Counted from the first letter of the stretch, positions 1 to 9,584 are shown. The stretch: 64,000 nucleotides of DNA from an uncultured Chloroflexia bacterium (GCA_963713975.1 OY970218.1:1760001-1824000); one strand, 5' to 3'. The notes: generated by a model from the letters alone, not told the origin. A program made the numbers and translations.

Positions 1-538
1 GGCGCGGGCCACGGGCCGCGCCGTACGGGGCGGGCAGGTACACGAACTGGACGACCCGCCGGTCCGCCCAGGCCGTCGTCAGGTCCCCGACCCGGCGGTT
101 GAACGCCGGATCCACGTCCCGCCGGGCGAGGTCCTGCACCGTGCGCTCCACGTGATCGCGGAGCGTGGGGGGCAGGCCCTCCTCCAGCTTGGTGAACGCG
201 GACGCCAGCGCGGGATCGTGCTTGTCCGTGTAGCGGGCGAGCAGGCGCGCCGAGAGGAAGATCGCCATCGCCTCCTGCAGCGTGAGGCGCAGCGGCGGGA
301 GGAATGCGTCCCCCTCCACGCCCCACCTGCCGCCCTCGCTCCAGACCGGCATGCCCAGCTCCGTCTGGATGGCCTCGAGGTCCCGGTACACGGTGCGCTT
401 GGCCATGCCGGTGCGCCTGGCGATCTCCGCCGGCGTGACGCCCCGCGTGCCGTTGGCCCGCAGGATCTGGACCACCATCAGCAGGCGCGCGGTCCGGTCG
501 CGCTTCGCGCGATCGTCGCCCGGAAGGTCATCGATCAT
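1..538 (-). CDS. WYL-domain (PafBC/YafY-like) HTH transcriptional regulator, 3' end outside window
   Basis: Manual translation from ATG 538: MIDDLPGDDRAKRDRTARLL...TPAEIARRTGMAKRTVYRDLEAI...FLPPLRLTLQEAMAIFLS...AWADRRVVQFVY. This is the HTH + LPPLxLT linker + start-of-WYL pattern. Absent from the ORF track because the stop is off the edge. Confidence 0.88.
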   Translation of the reverse strand, partial: MIDDLPGDDRAKRDRTARLLMVVQILRANGTRGVTPAEIARRTGMAKRTVYRDLEAIQTELGMPVWSEGGRWGVEGDAFLPPLRLTLQEAMAIFLSARLLARYTDKHDPALASAFTKLEEGLPPTLRDHVERTVQDLARRDVDPAFNRRVGDLTTAWADRRVVQFVYLPAPYGAARGPR

Positions 539-554
539 GGAGCACTCCTCGGAG

Positions 555-1739
555 TCATTGGCGTGGCGGCAGGACCGTGATCGGGAGGCCGCGATCAAAG
601 GCAAGCATGCGGAACCGTACCTCCGCCCGGAGGGCGTCGTCGTCGATTCCCAGCGCCGTGCCGGTGATCCGGCCGTCGGCCTGGCCGAGCTGGCCGTCGG
701 TGAACACCCAGAAGTCCAGGTCGCCACGCCAGCGATCGATGTCCGTCTGCCCCACGATCATCCCGATCTGCGGCAGCGCCCCACGGAGCGTGGTTCCGTC
801 CAGGGTGATCCGGCAGTGACGGGCGCGGGCGCCCTCGATGAAGTCCAGCCCGTGGTCCTCGGCGACGCTCCGGATCTCCGGCGTGAGGGCCACGGCCACC
901 AGCTGGCGATCCAGGTCCTGGCCGTCCCCGCTGGACGCGGCCGCATCCGTCCATGGGCGTCCCGGCAGAAGCTCCCAGACCCGTCCTCCTATTCGCGTGA
1001 GGCCACGCTGACCCAGCATCAGCCGCGTGGCCGCGAAGCCGGTCCAGCTGACGTCAGTGCCATCGCGGATCCCCTCGATGGTCACCTGGCCGGCGTATCG
1101 GTCGTCGAAGGAGGCGTCCATGTGCAGCTCGAGCCGGGCGGTGGTGCCCGCCGCGAGCGGTTGGCTGCAGGCCGGCGGCTCAACATCCGGGTCTGTCGGC
1201 CCGAACCGGGAACCGAGGGACGGCCGGTCACCGAGGGCAAGCTCATTGACCACTGCGGCACTCGCGAATGCGGTCCCGGTGACAAGGACGACGGCCAGCC
1301 CGACCAGGGAGCCCGACACGAGGCGCCGGCGACGCAGGGCCGTCTCGCCGAGGCGCCGCCGCGAGACCCCCAGGCCGGCATAGAGGCTGGTGGCGACGAG
1401 CGCCAGGAGCCACGGGTAGACGGCCTCGAAGGAGGGCAGCAGCGTCTGGGGACCCTGCCCGGTCAGCTGGGTCACGAGGCCGCGGATCGATGGGACCAGC
1501 AGGAGGATGGCGCCCAGACCGAGCCAGGCGATCCCCACGAACGCCCGGCCCGAGCGGGCGACCGGCGGCCAGGCGACGGCCAGGGCGGCGACGATCACGG
1601 GGCCGATCGCCGCGATCCCCACGAGGAAGTCGATTGGTCCCCCGGGACGGTAGCCGGCCGCGACCAGCCCGAAGGCCACGAACCACAGGCCCGTCAGGAT
1701 CATCCCCAGGATCCGAAGCTCGATCGTCCGTACCCGCAC
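555..1739 (-). CDS. Hypothetical membrane protein (about 5 N-terminal TM helices plus extracytoplasmic domain)
   Basis: 394-aa ORF with hydrophobic N-half; TAGACT -10 box 6 nt before the GTG. Confidence 0.75.
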   Translation of the reverse strand: MRVRTIELRILGMILTGLWFVAFGLVAAGYRPGGPIDFLVGIAAIGPVIVAALAVAWPPVARSGRAFVGIAWLGLGAILLLVPSIRGLVTQLTGQGPQTLLPSFEAVYPWLLALVATSLYAGLGVSRRRLGETALRRRRLVSGSLVGLAVVLVTGTAFASAAVVNELALGDRPSLGSRFGPTDPDVEPPACSQPLAAGTTARLELHMDASFDDRYAGQVTIEGIRDGTDVSWTGFAATRLMLGQRGLTRIGGRVWELLPGRPWTDAAASSGDGQDLDRQLVAVALTPEIRSVAEDHGLDFIEGARARHCRITLDGTTLRGALPQIGMIVGQTDIDRWRGDLDFWVFTDGQLGQADGRITGTALGIDDDALRAEVRFRMLAFDRGLPITVLPPRQ

Positions 1740-1879
1740 GCTCGGAGTCTACCCACCCGGCCGGAGACGACCGCAAGTACCCCGGGCCACCCGGACCTGT
1801 GGGTGGTCGCCGTTCCGGGCCGCGCCCTCGACCATGACCTCACCGCACCACGGTGCAGTGCCCACAACCGAACACCTCG

Positions 1880-1962
1880 CCGGCACGGGGCCTCCTTCCT
1901 CCGGAGCCGGTCAACCCTCCGAAGCGACGCCGACCCTCCTCCCGGCGTCGCTTCGGTGTTTC
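1880..1962 (+). ncRNA. Candidate small RNA: two tandem hairpins with CU-rich loops followed by a T-rich tail
   Basis: Hairpin 1880-1910 (loop CCTCCTTC); perfect 14-bp stem CCGAAGCGACGCCG/CGGCGTCGCTTCGG at 1919-1956 carrying CCTCCTCCC at the loop; then TGTTTC. Confidence 0.45.
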
Positions 1963-2093
1963 AGGGTTCCACGAGCGACCTTCCGGCCTCACGTCGGCCG
2001 GTCGCCGAGGCCGCTCTGGTAGATTCGCGAGCGTCACGGTCCTGGGCAGGCACGCACGCGACCACCCCCGTGCCGATGAGTGAGGAGCCCCAA

Positions 2094-3284
2094 ATGAGCG
2101 AGCAGACGCCCGGAATCCCGGGCGAGCAGGGTTCGACACCCCCCACCCCGCCCCCGGTGCCCGACGAGGCTCCGACCGAGGCAATGCCAACCCCGGAGCC
2201 GGCCCCCGCGGCATCGGCACCCACCCCGCCATCCACGCCTCCCCCGACCTCTCCCCCGGCCAAGGACGGCGGCGGAAGCCGTACACCCGTGATCGTCGGG
2301 GCGGTGGTCCTGGTGCTGGTGATCATCGTCGCCGCGTTCCTGCTGAGCCAGGGCAACGCCGCGTCACCGGGTGCAACGGCAAGTGCCGGCGCCGCATCCA
2401 CCGAGCCCGCGACCGAGGCACCGAGCCAGGAGCCTGCGACCGAGGCCCCGACCGAGGCCCCGACCGAGGCCCCGACGCCGACGCCCGATGCATGCGCCCC
2501 CGAGAACCTGGCCCTGCTGACCCCCGGCGCCATCGTCATCGGCGCCGACAACCCGGCCTACCCGCCGTACTTCGCGCGTCGTGAGGGCGGCAACACCCCG
2601 CCCTGGGAGGACTCGGACTTCACGGGCGACCCGACCACCGGCGAGGGATTCGAGAGTGCCGTCGCCTACGCGATCGCGGACAAGCTCGGCATCGCCAAGG
2701 ACGGCGTGAGCTGGATCGTCGTTCCGTTCACGAACTCGTTCGCCCCGGGCGCCAAGGACTTCGACTTCTACATCACGCAGGTCTCGTACAAGCCCGAGCG
2801 CGCCGAGGCGGCCGACCTGTCCGACGGCTACTACACGGTGCTCCAGTCCGTCGTGGCACTCAAGGACAGCCCGATCGCGGGCGCCACGACCGTCGCCGAG
2901 CTCGCGGGCTACAAGTTCGGTGCCCAGGTGGGCACGACCAGCTACGACACGATCGTCAACACGATCAAGCCGACGGAGGAGCCGCAGGTCTTCGACACCA
3001 ACGACCTTGCGATCGAGGCGCTCAAGTCGGGCCAGATCGACGGGATCGTCGTCGACCTGCCGACGGCGGACTTCATCACCAACGTGCAGGTGGAGAACGC
3101 GGTCGCGGTCGGCAAGTTCGATACCGGCACGGACGAGTACTTCTCCCTGGTCCTCGCGAAGGACAACGCGCTGACGCCGTGCGTCAATGCCGCGATCGGC
3201 GCCCTCAACGAGGACGGCACGTTCGCTGGGCTCGTCACCGAGTGGCTCCCGTTCCAGGACGGGGTCCCGGCGTTCCAGCCCTAG
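2094..3284 (+). CDS. Polar amino-acid ABC transporter substrate-binding protein (family 3), TM-anchored
   Basis: GAGGAG RBS before ATG 2094; GADNPAYPPY, GFESAVA, GAQVGTTS, ALKSGQIDGIVVD motifs. Confidence 0.9.
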   Translation: MSEQTPGIPGEQGSTPPTPPPVPDEAPTEAMPTPEPAPAASAPTPPSTPPPTSPPAKDGGGSRTPVIVGAVVLVLVIIVAAFLLSQGNAASPGATASAGAASTEPATEAPSQEPATEAPTEAPTEAPTPTPDACAPENLALLTPGAIVIGADNPAYPPYFARREGGNTPPWEDSDFTGDPTTGEGFESAVAYAIADKLGIAKDGVSWIVVPFTNSFAPGAKDFDFYITQVSYKPERAEAADLSDGYYTVLQSVVALKDSPIAGATTVAELAGYKFGAQVGTTSYDTIVNTIKPTEEPQVFDTNDLAIEALKSGQIDGIVVDLPTADFITNVQVENAVAVGKFDTGTDEYFSLVLAKDNALTPCVNAAIGALNEDGTFAGLVTEWLPFQDGVPAFQP

Positions 3285-3312
3285 CCGCCTTCCTGGGCCC
3301 GGCCCTGTGGCC

Positions 3313-4209
3313 GTGAGCGGCGGCCCGCCCGATCGAGGCACCCGCACCCGGGTGCCTCGGAGGGCCGGGCTCGCACGTGCCCGTGACGACGGGGCGCTCC
3401 GGTCGCTGACGATCACGATCGTCAGCACGGTCGTCTTCTTCGGCGTCCTCGGCTGGGTCATCGTCAACGCCCCCGGCTGGGAGCAGGTGCGCGAGAAGTT
3501 CTTCTCGCCCCGCTACTTCGCGGAGGCGTTCGGCTTCTACAACGGCCAGTTCGAGTGGGACCGCTCGATCCTCAAGTACTTCGTCGTCAACATCCAGCTG
3601 TTCCTCATCGCCGAGGGCCTGATCCTCGTCTTCGGCCTGATGCTGGCCGTGCTGCGCAGCCTGAACGGCCCGGTCTTCGCCCCGATCAGGTTCCTGTCAA
3701 CCGCCTATGTCGACGTGTTCAGGGCCGTCCCGGGGATCCTCGTCATCTACATCCTGGGGTTCGGTATCCCCGGTCTCGGGATCAAGGGCATGCCGACGGG
3801 GTTCCCGTGGGCGGTCGTGGCGCTGACGCTGATCTACTCCGCCTACGTGTCCGAGGTCTATCGCGCCGGCATCGACTCCATCCACCCCAGCCAGGAGGCG
3901 GCGGCCCGGTCCCTGGGCCTGTCGCGCTACCGGACGATGCGGCACGTGATCATCCCGCAGGCCGTGCGGCGCGTGGTCCCGCCGCTGCTCAACGACTTCA
4001 TCGGGCTCCAGAAGGACACGGTCCTCGTGTCCTACATCGGCGTGGTCGAGATCTTCCGCGCCTCGCAGATCAAGGCGGCCGCGACGTTCAACTTCACGCC
4101 GTACGTTGCGACCGCGCTCGTGTTCATCGTGGTGACCATCCCGCTGGCGCGTCTCACGGACCGGCTGGTCCAGCGTGACCGCCAACGTGGCGCGGCGAGC
4201 GCCCGGTGA
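3313..4209 (+). CDS. Amino-acid ABC transporter permease (HisM/GlnP family)
   Basis: YVDVFRAVP, SAYVSEVYRAGI, QEAAARSLGL (EAA loop), QKDT motifs; start approximate. Confidence 0.92.
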   Translation: MSGGPPDRGTRTRVPRRAGLARARDDGALRSLTITIVSTVVFFGVLGWVIVNAPGWEQVREKFFSPRYFAEAFGFYNGQFEWDRSILKYFVVNIQLFLIAEGLILVFGLMLAVLRSLNGPVFAPIRFLSTAYVDVFRAVPGILVIYILGFGIPGLGIKGMPTGFPWAVVALTLIYSAYVSEVYRAGIDSIHPSQEAAARSLGLSRYRTMRHVIIPQAVRRVVPPLLNDFIGLQKDTVLVSYIGVVEIFRASQIKAAATFNFTPYVATALVFIVVTIPLARLTDRLVQRDRQRGAASAR

Positions 4210-4967
4210 CCGCCCTGCCCGCGCGGCCCGCGCTCTCGATCCAGGGGCTGCACAAGTCGTTCGGCGAGCTGGAGGTGCTCCGGGGCATCGACCTCGATGT
4301 CGCCGAGCACGAGGTCATCGCGCTGATCGGGGCGTCGGGAAGCGGGAAGTCCACGCTCCTGCGCTGCATCAACCTGATCGAGCCGATCGACGAGGGCCGG
4401 ATCCTGATCGAGGGCGACGAGATCACGGCCCGGGGCGTCAAGGTGGACCAGATCCGCCGGCGGATAGGGATCGTGTTCCAGGCGTTCAACCTCTTCCCGC
4501 ACATGACGGTCCTGGACAACGTGACCCTCGCGCCGCGCAGGGTGCTCAGGCGGGGGACCGCCGACGCGGACCGGGACGCGCTGGCGCTGCTCGAGCGCTT
4601 CGGGCTGGCCGACAAGGCGCGGGACTTCCCGGACCGGCTCTCGGGCGGCCAGCAGCAGCGGGTGGCGATCGTGCGGGCGCTGGCGATGGAACCAGACATC
4701 CTGCTGCTCGACGAGGTCACATCCGCCCTGGACCCGGAGCTCGTGGCAGAGGTGCTCAACGTCGTGCGCGAACTGGCCGCCGGCGGCATGACGATGCTGA
4801 TCGCCACCCACGAGATGGGATTCGCTCGGGACATCGCGAGCCGCGTCTGCTTCCTGGACGCCGGCCAGATCCTGGAGCAGGGACCGCCGCAGCAGATCTT
4901 CTCGGAGCCACGGGAGGCGCGGACCCGCCAGTTCCTCAACCGGATCATCGAGGCGGGGCGGCTCTAG
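4206..4967 (+). CDS. Amino-acid ABC transporter ATP-binding protein (GlnQ family)
   Basis: GASGSGKST, LSGGQQQRVAI, LLLDEVTSALD, THEMGFAR; GTGA overlap with the permease. Confidence 0.95.
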   Translation: MTALPARPALSIQGLHKSFGELEVLRGIDLDVAEHEVIALIGASGSGKSTLLRCINLIEPIDEGRILIEGDEITARGVKVDQIRRRIGIVFQAFNLFPHMTVLDNVTLAPRRVLRRGTADADRDALALLERFGLADKARDFPDRLSGGQQQRVAIVRALAMEPDILLLDEVTSALDPELVAEVLNVVRELAAGGMTMLIATHEMGFARDIASRVCFLDAGQILEQGPPQQIFSEPREARTRQFLNRIIEAGRL

Positions 4968-5001
4968 CGGGCAGCGTCCCCTGCCGGGGCGCCCCTGGCC
5001 G

Positions 5002-5763
5002 TCAGCGTCCCGCCAGGGGCCCTCGGCAGGCATCCACGAAGAACGCGAACAGCCGCTCGAAGGCCCGCGGCGTGGACTCCGTGCGTTCCGGATGGCACTG
5101 GACGGCGATCCTGAACGGACCGTCGGGGGCCTCGAACGCCTCGACCAGGTCGCCGGCCGGGCTGGGCGACCACGCGGCCGGCACGTACGCCGCGGCGAGG
5201 TTCTGCTTCCGAACCGCCTGGTGGTGGTAGCTGTTGACCGTGAGGACCGCGCCGCCGGGGTTGACGGGGCCCAGGATCCGGGCGAGTCGCGATCCGGGCA
5301 CCAGCCGCAGCGGGTGGGTCAGGGCGGGCCCGTGCCCCCAGCTTGCTCCGGCGTGGCCGTCCACGTGCTGGAGCAGCGTCCCGCCGCTGAACACGTTCAT
5401 CGCCTGGAGCCCGCGGCAGATGCCCAGGACGGGCACGCCGCGCGACGTCGCCACGGCGAATGCCGCCGCCTCGAGGGCATCGCGGTCCGTCTCCACGTCC
5501 TCGGATCCCGCATCGGGCGACCCGTAGCGCGCCGGGTCGATGTCCGCTCCGCCGGTCAGCAGCAGGCCGTCCATGGACGCGAAGGCCGCGGCTCGCTCCG
5601 ACGGCGACGACGTGGCGTCCAGCGGCAGCGCGGTCGCGCCGTGGCGCAGGACGGAGTCCACGTACAGGGCGTTCTTGCGGGCCGCCGTCGCGGGCTCCGA
5701 CTGGCGGGCCGCGACCGCGAGGGTGACGAGGATCCGCGGCGAGCGTCCGGTGCTGGATGGCAT
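5002..5763 (-). CDS. Gamma-glutamyl-gamma-aminobutyrate hydrolase family protein (peptidase C26, PuuD-like)
   Basis: LLLTGGADIDP, LGICRGLQ, VNSYHHQAV, VQCHPE catalytic motifs. Confidence 0.9.
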   Translation of the reverse strand: MPSSTGRSPRILVTLAVAARQSEPATAARKNALYVDSVLRHGATALPLDATSSPSERAAAFASMDGLLLTGGADIDPARYGSPDAGSEDVETDRDALEAAAFAVATSRGVPVLGICRGLQAMNVFSGGTLLQHVDGHAGASWGHGPALTHPLRLVPGSRLARILGPVNPGGAVLTVNSYHHQAVRKQNLAAAYVPAAWSPSPAGDLVEAFEAPDGPFRIAVQCHPERTESTPRAFERLFAFFVDACRGPLAGR

Positions 5764-5836
5764 GGTGCCAAAGCATACCCGCAGGTTCCGGCGGGTCCAC
5801 CACCAGAGCCTGCGCCCGCGGCTACCCGTCCCGCGG

Positions 5837-6319
5837 CTACCCGCCGGGGGACGCGGACTCGTCCGGGGGCAGCGTCTCGTAGTCCTCGGAGTCGTCCGGG
5901 GTGGGGGTGGACCGCTCGCCGGTCTCGCCGTCGTCCGGCGGTGGCACGTACTCCTGGCCGGGCAGGACCTGGAGCACCCAGCCCCGCATCAGGTTGTCGG
6001 GCCGGTAGTCGGCCGACTCGGGGTCCAGGGTCGGGTACTGCTCACGGTTCCAGTACGCGATGCTGCGCCCGCTGGTGCGGTACTTGCGCGCGAGCGACGT
6101 GAGGGTGTCCCCGCGGACGACGGTGTGGAGCAGGAAGGTCGGGGCCGGGGTCGGTGTCGGCGGGCCCGGCGTGGGCGTTGGCGTGGGCGAGGCCGAAGGC
6201 GTCGGTATCGCCGTTGGCGCCGGCGGTGGCGTTGGTCGAACCGACGACGGCAGGCACGCCCCCAGGGCGAGCACGATCCCTATCAGGGCGAGCAGGCCGC
6301 GGACCCGGGGATCGGCCAT
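5837..6319 (-). CDS. LysM-domain lipoprotein
   Basis: Lipobox LGAC, PT-rich linker, HTVVRGDTLTSLARKY LysM start. Confidence 0.85.
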   Translation of the reverse strand: MADPRVRGLLALIGIVLALGACLPSSVRPTPPPAPTAIPTPSASPTPTPTPGPPTPTPAPTFLLHTVVRGDTLTSLARKYRTSGRSIAYWNREQYPTLDPESADYRPDNLMRGWVLQVLPGQEYVPPPDDGETGERSTPTPDDSEDYETLPPDESASPGG

Positions 6320-6332
6320 CACGCGCCGGCCA

Positions 6333-9212
6333 TCATCCGCGCACCGTCGGTGGGTCGACCGGCGTGGGCTCGGACAGCGCGAGCTCCGAGGCGAGCTCCA
6401 GCCCCTCGACGGCCGTGGCGATCCGACCCGGGCCGGACCGCTTGGCAACGAGGCAGGCACGGTCCGCGGCCAGGAGGACCTCCTCGTCGCTGCTCCCGTC
6501 GGCCGGGAAGGACGCGGTCCCGATGGACGCCGACACCCGGACCTGCTCGGCGGCCCACACCGAGCCGTCCCTGCCCACGTTTGCGATCGAGCCCTGGATG
6601 CGCGCGGCGACCGCCTCGACGCCGACCGCGGTGCTCCTGGGCAGGAGCACTGTGAACTCGTCGCCGCCGTACCTGAACACCTCGTCGGTGTCACGGGCGG
6701 CCCCCCGGATCGCGGACGCGATCTCGCGCAGCATGCGGTCCCCCGCCTGGTGGCCCAGTCGGTCGTTGATCGCCTTGAAGCCGTCGAGATCGATCATCAC
6801 CACGCCGCATGGCTCCCCGGCCGTCACGGCCTGCGCCAGCCGGTCCTTGAACGTGCCGTGGTTGAGGAGGCCGGTGAGGTCGTCCGTGCGGGCTCGCCGC
6901 TCTGCGGCCTGGAAGGTGTCGGCATTGCGCAGCGCGATCGAGACCTGTGCCGCGAACAGCTGCACGAGCTCGAAGTCCTGCTCGTCGAACGGTGACGTCT
7001 CGCCCAGCCGCTCGAGGGTGAGCACGCCCACGGCGCCCACGGGTCCGAGCAGGGGCACGACGATCAGGCTGCCCTCGATGGCACCCGTCGACCGGAAGTG
7101 GTTGACGCGAGGGTCGCTCCGCTCGTCCGTCACGAGCACCGGCTCATTGTGCTCGACGACCCAGGTGGCGACGCCGGTCTCGCCAGGCTCCCACGGTGCG
7201 AGGAAGTACTCGGCGTGGACGCCGCGGGCCGTGAGCGGGCGAAGCAGGCCCGTCGGGCGCTCCACCACCTCGATGGCGATGTTGTCGCACCTGACGAGCG
7301 AGCCCAGCCGCTCGGTGATCTGCTCCAGCACCAACCCCTGGTCCAGGGTCGTGAGGATCGACTCAGTGATCCGGAGCAGCTCCCGCTGGGCCCGGATCTG
7401 GCGTTCGAGGGCGCCGGACTGATCGCGCAGGCGCGCCGTGGCGTCGGCGTTGGCCATCGCCTGCGCGGCGAACGAGGCGTAGATGACGAGCAGCCGCAGA
7501 TCGTCCTCGGTGAACTGGCGGAGGCCGTGCTTGACCAGGACGACCACCCCCAGGCAGGCCCCTTCGTGCACCATCGGTGCCAGGAGCATGGACTCATCCT
7601 GGTCTGGGTCCGAACCGGGGATCGTGACCCCGCGGCGGTCTCGGGCGGTGTCGTCCACCAGCTGGGCGACGCGGAACCGGGCAACCCAACCGGTGATCCC
7701 CTCGCCGACCGCCACGGTGAGGGACTCCGGGCTCTCAGCGCCATAGGTGCTGCCGTGGCCCTCGAACGCCACGGGCACGAGCCCGGTGTCGACCACGCGG
7801 TAGACGCGGGCGTTGTCGTAGGTGATCAGCTGGCGCAGCTCGGTGGCGATGGTGTTGCCGATCTCGTGCACGCTGGACATGCCGGACAGGCGTGAACCGA
7901 GATGCTGGATCGACTGGAGCTGCGTCGCCCATGCGGCCATCCGTCCGAAGGTCCGCGCCGACCGGATCGCGATCGCGGCGTCGCCGGCCAGGGCCTCCGC
8001 GGCGTCGAGGTCGGCGTCGCGCCAGCGTCGCGGCCCGTCATGGGCGAGGTAGAGCACGCCGTGCAGCTCGTGGCCGTCGACCAGGGGCACCACAAGGAGG
8101 CTGACCACGCCCTCCTGGACGGCCGCCGCCCGGACCGGGTTGGATGCGCGCCTCGCATCGGTCCCCAGGAGGGTGACCGGGCGACGCGCGGGAATCTCCT
8201 GCGGGTTCGGCCTCGCCCCCTCCAGGTCGCGCGCCATCTCGAGGAACGTCTCGGAGAAGCCGGACCCGCCCGGCGACGAGATCCGGCCATCCGCATCGCG
8301 CAGGATGACGGCGACGCGGTCCGCCCCGAACAGGACGCGGGCATGGTCGCTCAGGTCGCGCACCACGTCGGCAAGGTCCAGCCTGGACGTGAGGTCCGTG
8401 GCCACGCGCCGCAGAGCCTCCGACAGCCTCAGTCGTCCCACCGCCTGCTCGGCTGCGCCGGCTCCACGGACCAGCACGCTCAGGGTTCGGGCAATCGCCC
8501 GGGCGAGCCGACGGCCATCGTCAGGGCCCAGCTCCACCGCCCCAGCCAGGACCAGCACCCCCCACGGCACCTCGCCACCCGGGATCTGCACCACCAGCTC
8601 GTCCGTGCCCATGCCCAGCATCGGGGCGGCGGACGGGTCGCCCGGTCGGGCATGGACCGGCTCCTCGGTCTCGAGGGCCCTGGCGAACACCCCGCGACCC
8701 GGAGGGATGTTGCGGGTGGAGGTGATGCCCGCGCCCTCCACGTCTGCAGCCCTGGACACGAGACCGGCCGGCCGGCGTTCCCAGATCCCCACCAGCGCCG
8801 CTCCCGTGGCCAGCCGGATCCTCCGACACGCCTCGTCGAGGGCTGGATCGAGCCCGCTCGGGAAGGAGGCCAGCTCGGCGAGGTCCGCGAGGAGGTCGAA
8901 GCCGGCCGGTGTCTCGGTCAGGGTCGGCGGGTCGGCATCCCGCCTGCTCGCCCGGGGGCCGGCAGGCTCGGTCTGCGTGCCACGGCTTGGTGCCTCCGCC
9001 GCCGCCAGGAAGCGCTCGAGGTCGCCCAGGCGGTAGCGTCGGTCGCCCCGGTCGTTGATGCGGTAGAAGCGGAGCCGGCCCGCCTCGCTCCACGCGCGCA
9101 CGGTGTTCGGGTGGACGCCGAGCACCCTCGCCGCCCTGGTGACGGTGAGGGTGGCATCCCCGGGTCGGGGCGCCATGGCGCTGGTCGACGGACTGTGGGA
9201 TTTGGTAGGCAT
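6333..9212 (-). CDS. Diguanylate cyclase with N-terminal MerR/excisionase-like HTH and multiple GAF domains
   Basis: LTVTRAARVLGVHPNTVRAW...RGDRRY HTH; several GAF-like repeats (GEGITGWVA, GVATWVVEH); DDLTGLLN, IDLDGFKAINDRLGH, RYGGDEF. True start may be 12 codons later (MAPRPG). Confidence 0.92.
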   Translation of the reverse strand: MPTKSHSPSTSAMAPRPGDATLTVTRAARVLGVHPNTVRAWSEAGRLRFYRINDRGDRRYRLGDLERFLAAAEAPSRGTQTEPAGPRASRRDADPPTLTETPAGFDLLADLAELASFPSGLDPALDEACRRIRLATGAALVGIWERRPAGLVSRAADVEGAGITSTRNIPPGRGVFARALETEEPVHARPGDPSAAPMLGMGTDELVVQIPGGEVPWGVLVLAGAVELGPDDGRRLARAIARTLSVLVRGAGAAEQAVGRLRLSEALRRVATDLTSRLDLADVVRDLSDHARVLFGADRVAVILRDADGRISSPGGSGFSETFLEMARDLEGARPNPQEIPARRPVTLLGTDARRASNPVRAAAVQEGVVSLLVVPLVDGHELHGVLYLAHDGPRRWRDADLDAAEALAGDAAIAIRSARTFGRMAAWATQLQSIQHLGSRLSGMSSVHEIGNTIATELRQLITYDNARVYRVVDTGLVPVAFEGHGSTYGAESPESLTVAVGEGITGWVARFRVAQLVDDTARDRRGVTIPGSDPDQDESMLLAPMVHEGACLGVVVLVKHGLRQFTEDDLRLLVIYASFAAQAMANADATARLRDQSGALERQIRAQRELLRITESILTTLDQGLVLEQITERLGSLVRCDNIAIEVVERPTGLLRPLTARGVHAEYFLAPWEPGETGVATWVVEHNEPVLVTDERSDPRVNHFRSTGAIEGSLIVVPLLGPVGAVGVLTLERLGETSPFDEQDFELVQLFAAQVSIALRNADTFQAAERRARTDDLTGLLNHGTFKDRLAQAVTAGEPCGVVMIDLDGFKAINDRLGHQAGDRMLREIASAIRGAARDTDEVFRYGGDEFTVLLPRSTAVGVEAVAARIQGSIANVGRDGSVWAAEQVRVSASIGTASFPADGSSDEEVLLAADRACLVAKRSGPGRIATAVEGLELASELALSEPTPVDPPTVRG

Positions 9213-9323
9213 CGGCGTTGGCCGGAACTGTCCCAGAGTTCACAGTTGTTGCCAATAGGACCAACGGCCCATCCGACCGGACTGGGTTGGTGCGCACACG
9301 CTCCGGCCGGAGGTCCGAGTGCC

Positions 9324-9584
9324 TCAGGTCTCGCGCGATCCGCCCGTTGCCCGCACGTACAGCAGCGCGGCACCCAGCGCGACGACCCCGATCAGGACGA
9401 CCACGCCGATCGCGAACAGGGGATCGCCCACGAGCCCGGGACCCTGCCCGGAGCTGCGCGGGTCGCCGCCGGGCGCAGCGGACGGGGTTGGGGACGCCGC
9501 AAGCACCGTGGCCGTTGTCGCGAGCCAGGCGACGACGAGCCCGAGGGTGGTCGCCACGATCCTGGTACGCCTAGACCAGGGCAT
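9324..9584 (-). CDS. Small exported protein with signal peptide and C-terminal TM anchor
   Basis: MPWSRRTRIVATTLGLVVAWLA...VLA-ASPTPS...GDPLFAIGVVVLIGVVALGAALLYVR; start overlaps the stop of the upstream gene. Confidence 0.7.
   Translation of the reverse strand: MPWSRRTRIVATTLGLVVAWLATTATVLAASPTPSAAPGGDPRSSGQGPGLVGDPLFAIGVVVLIGVVALGAALLYVRATGGSRET

Noticed and set aside
165-175. Frameshift in the WYL gene at the G6 run
   Set aside because: Recounting shows GGC CTG CCC CCC ACG CTC stays in frame
282-2093. 1000-aa ORF 282-3284 as a single giant protein
   Set aside because: The first ~600 codons are mostly the antisense shadow of the minus-strand genes plus intergenic DNA; the RBS supports a start at 2094. 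Most long overlapping ORFs in the track are similar high-GC shadows.
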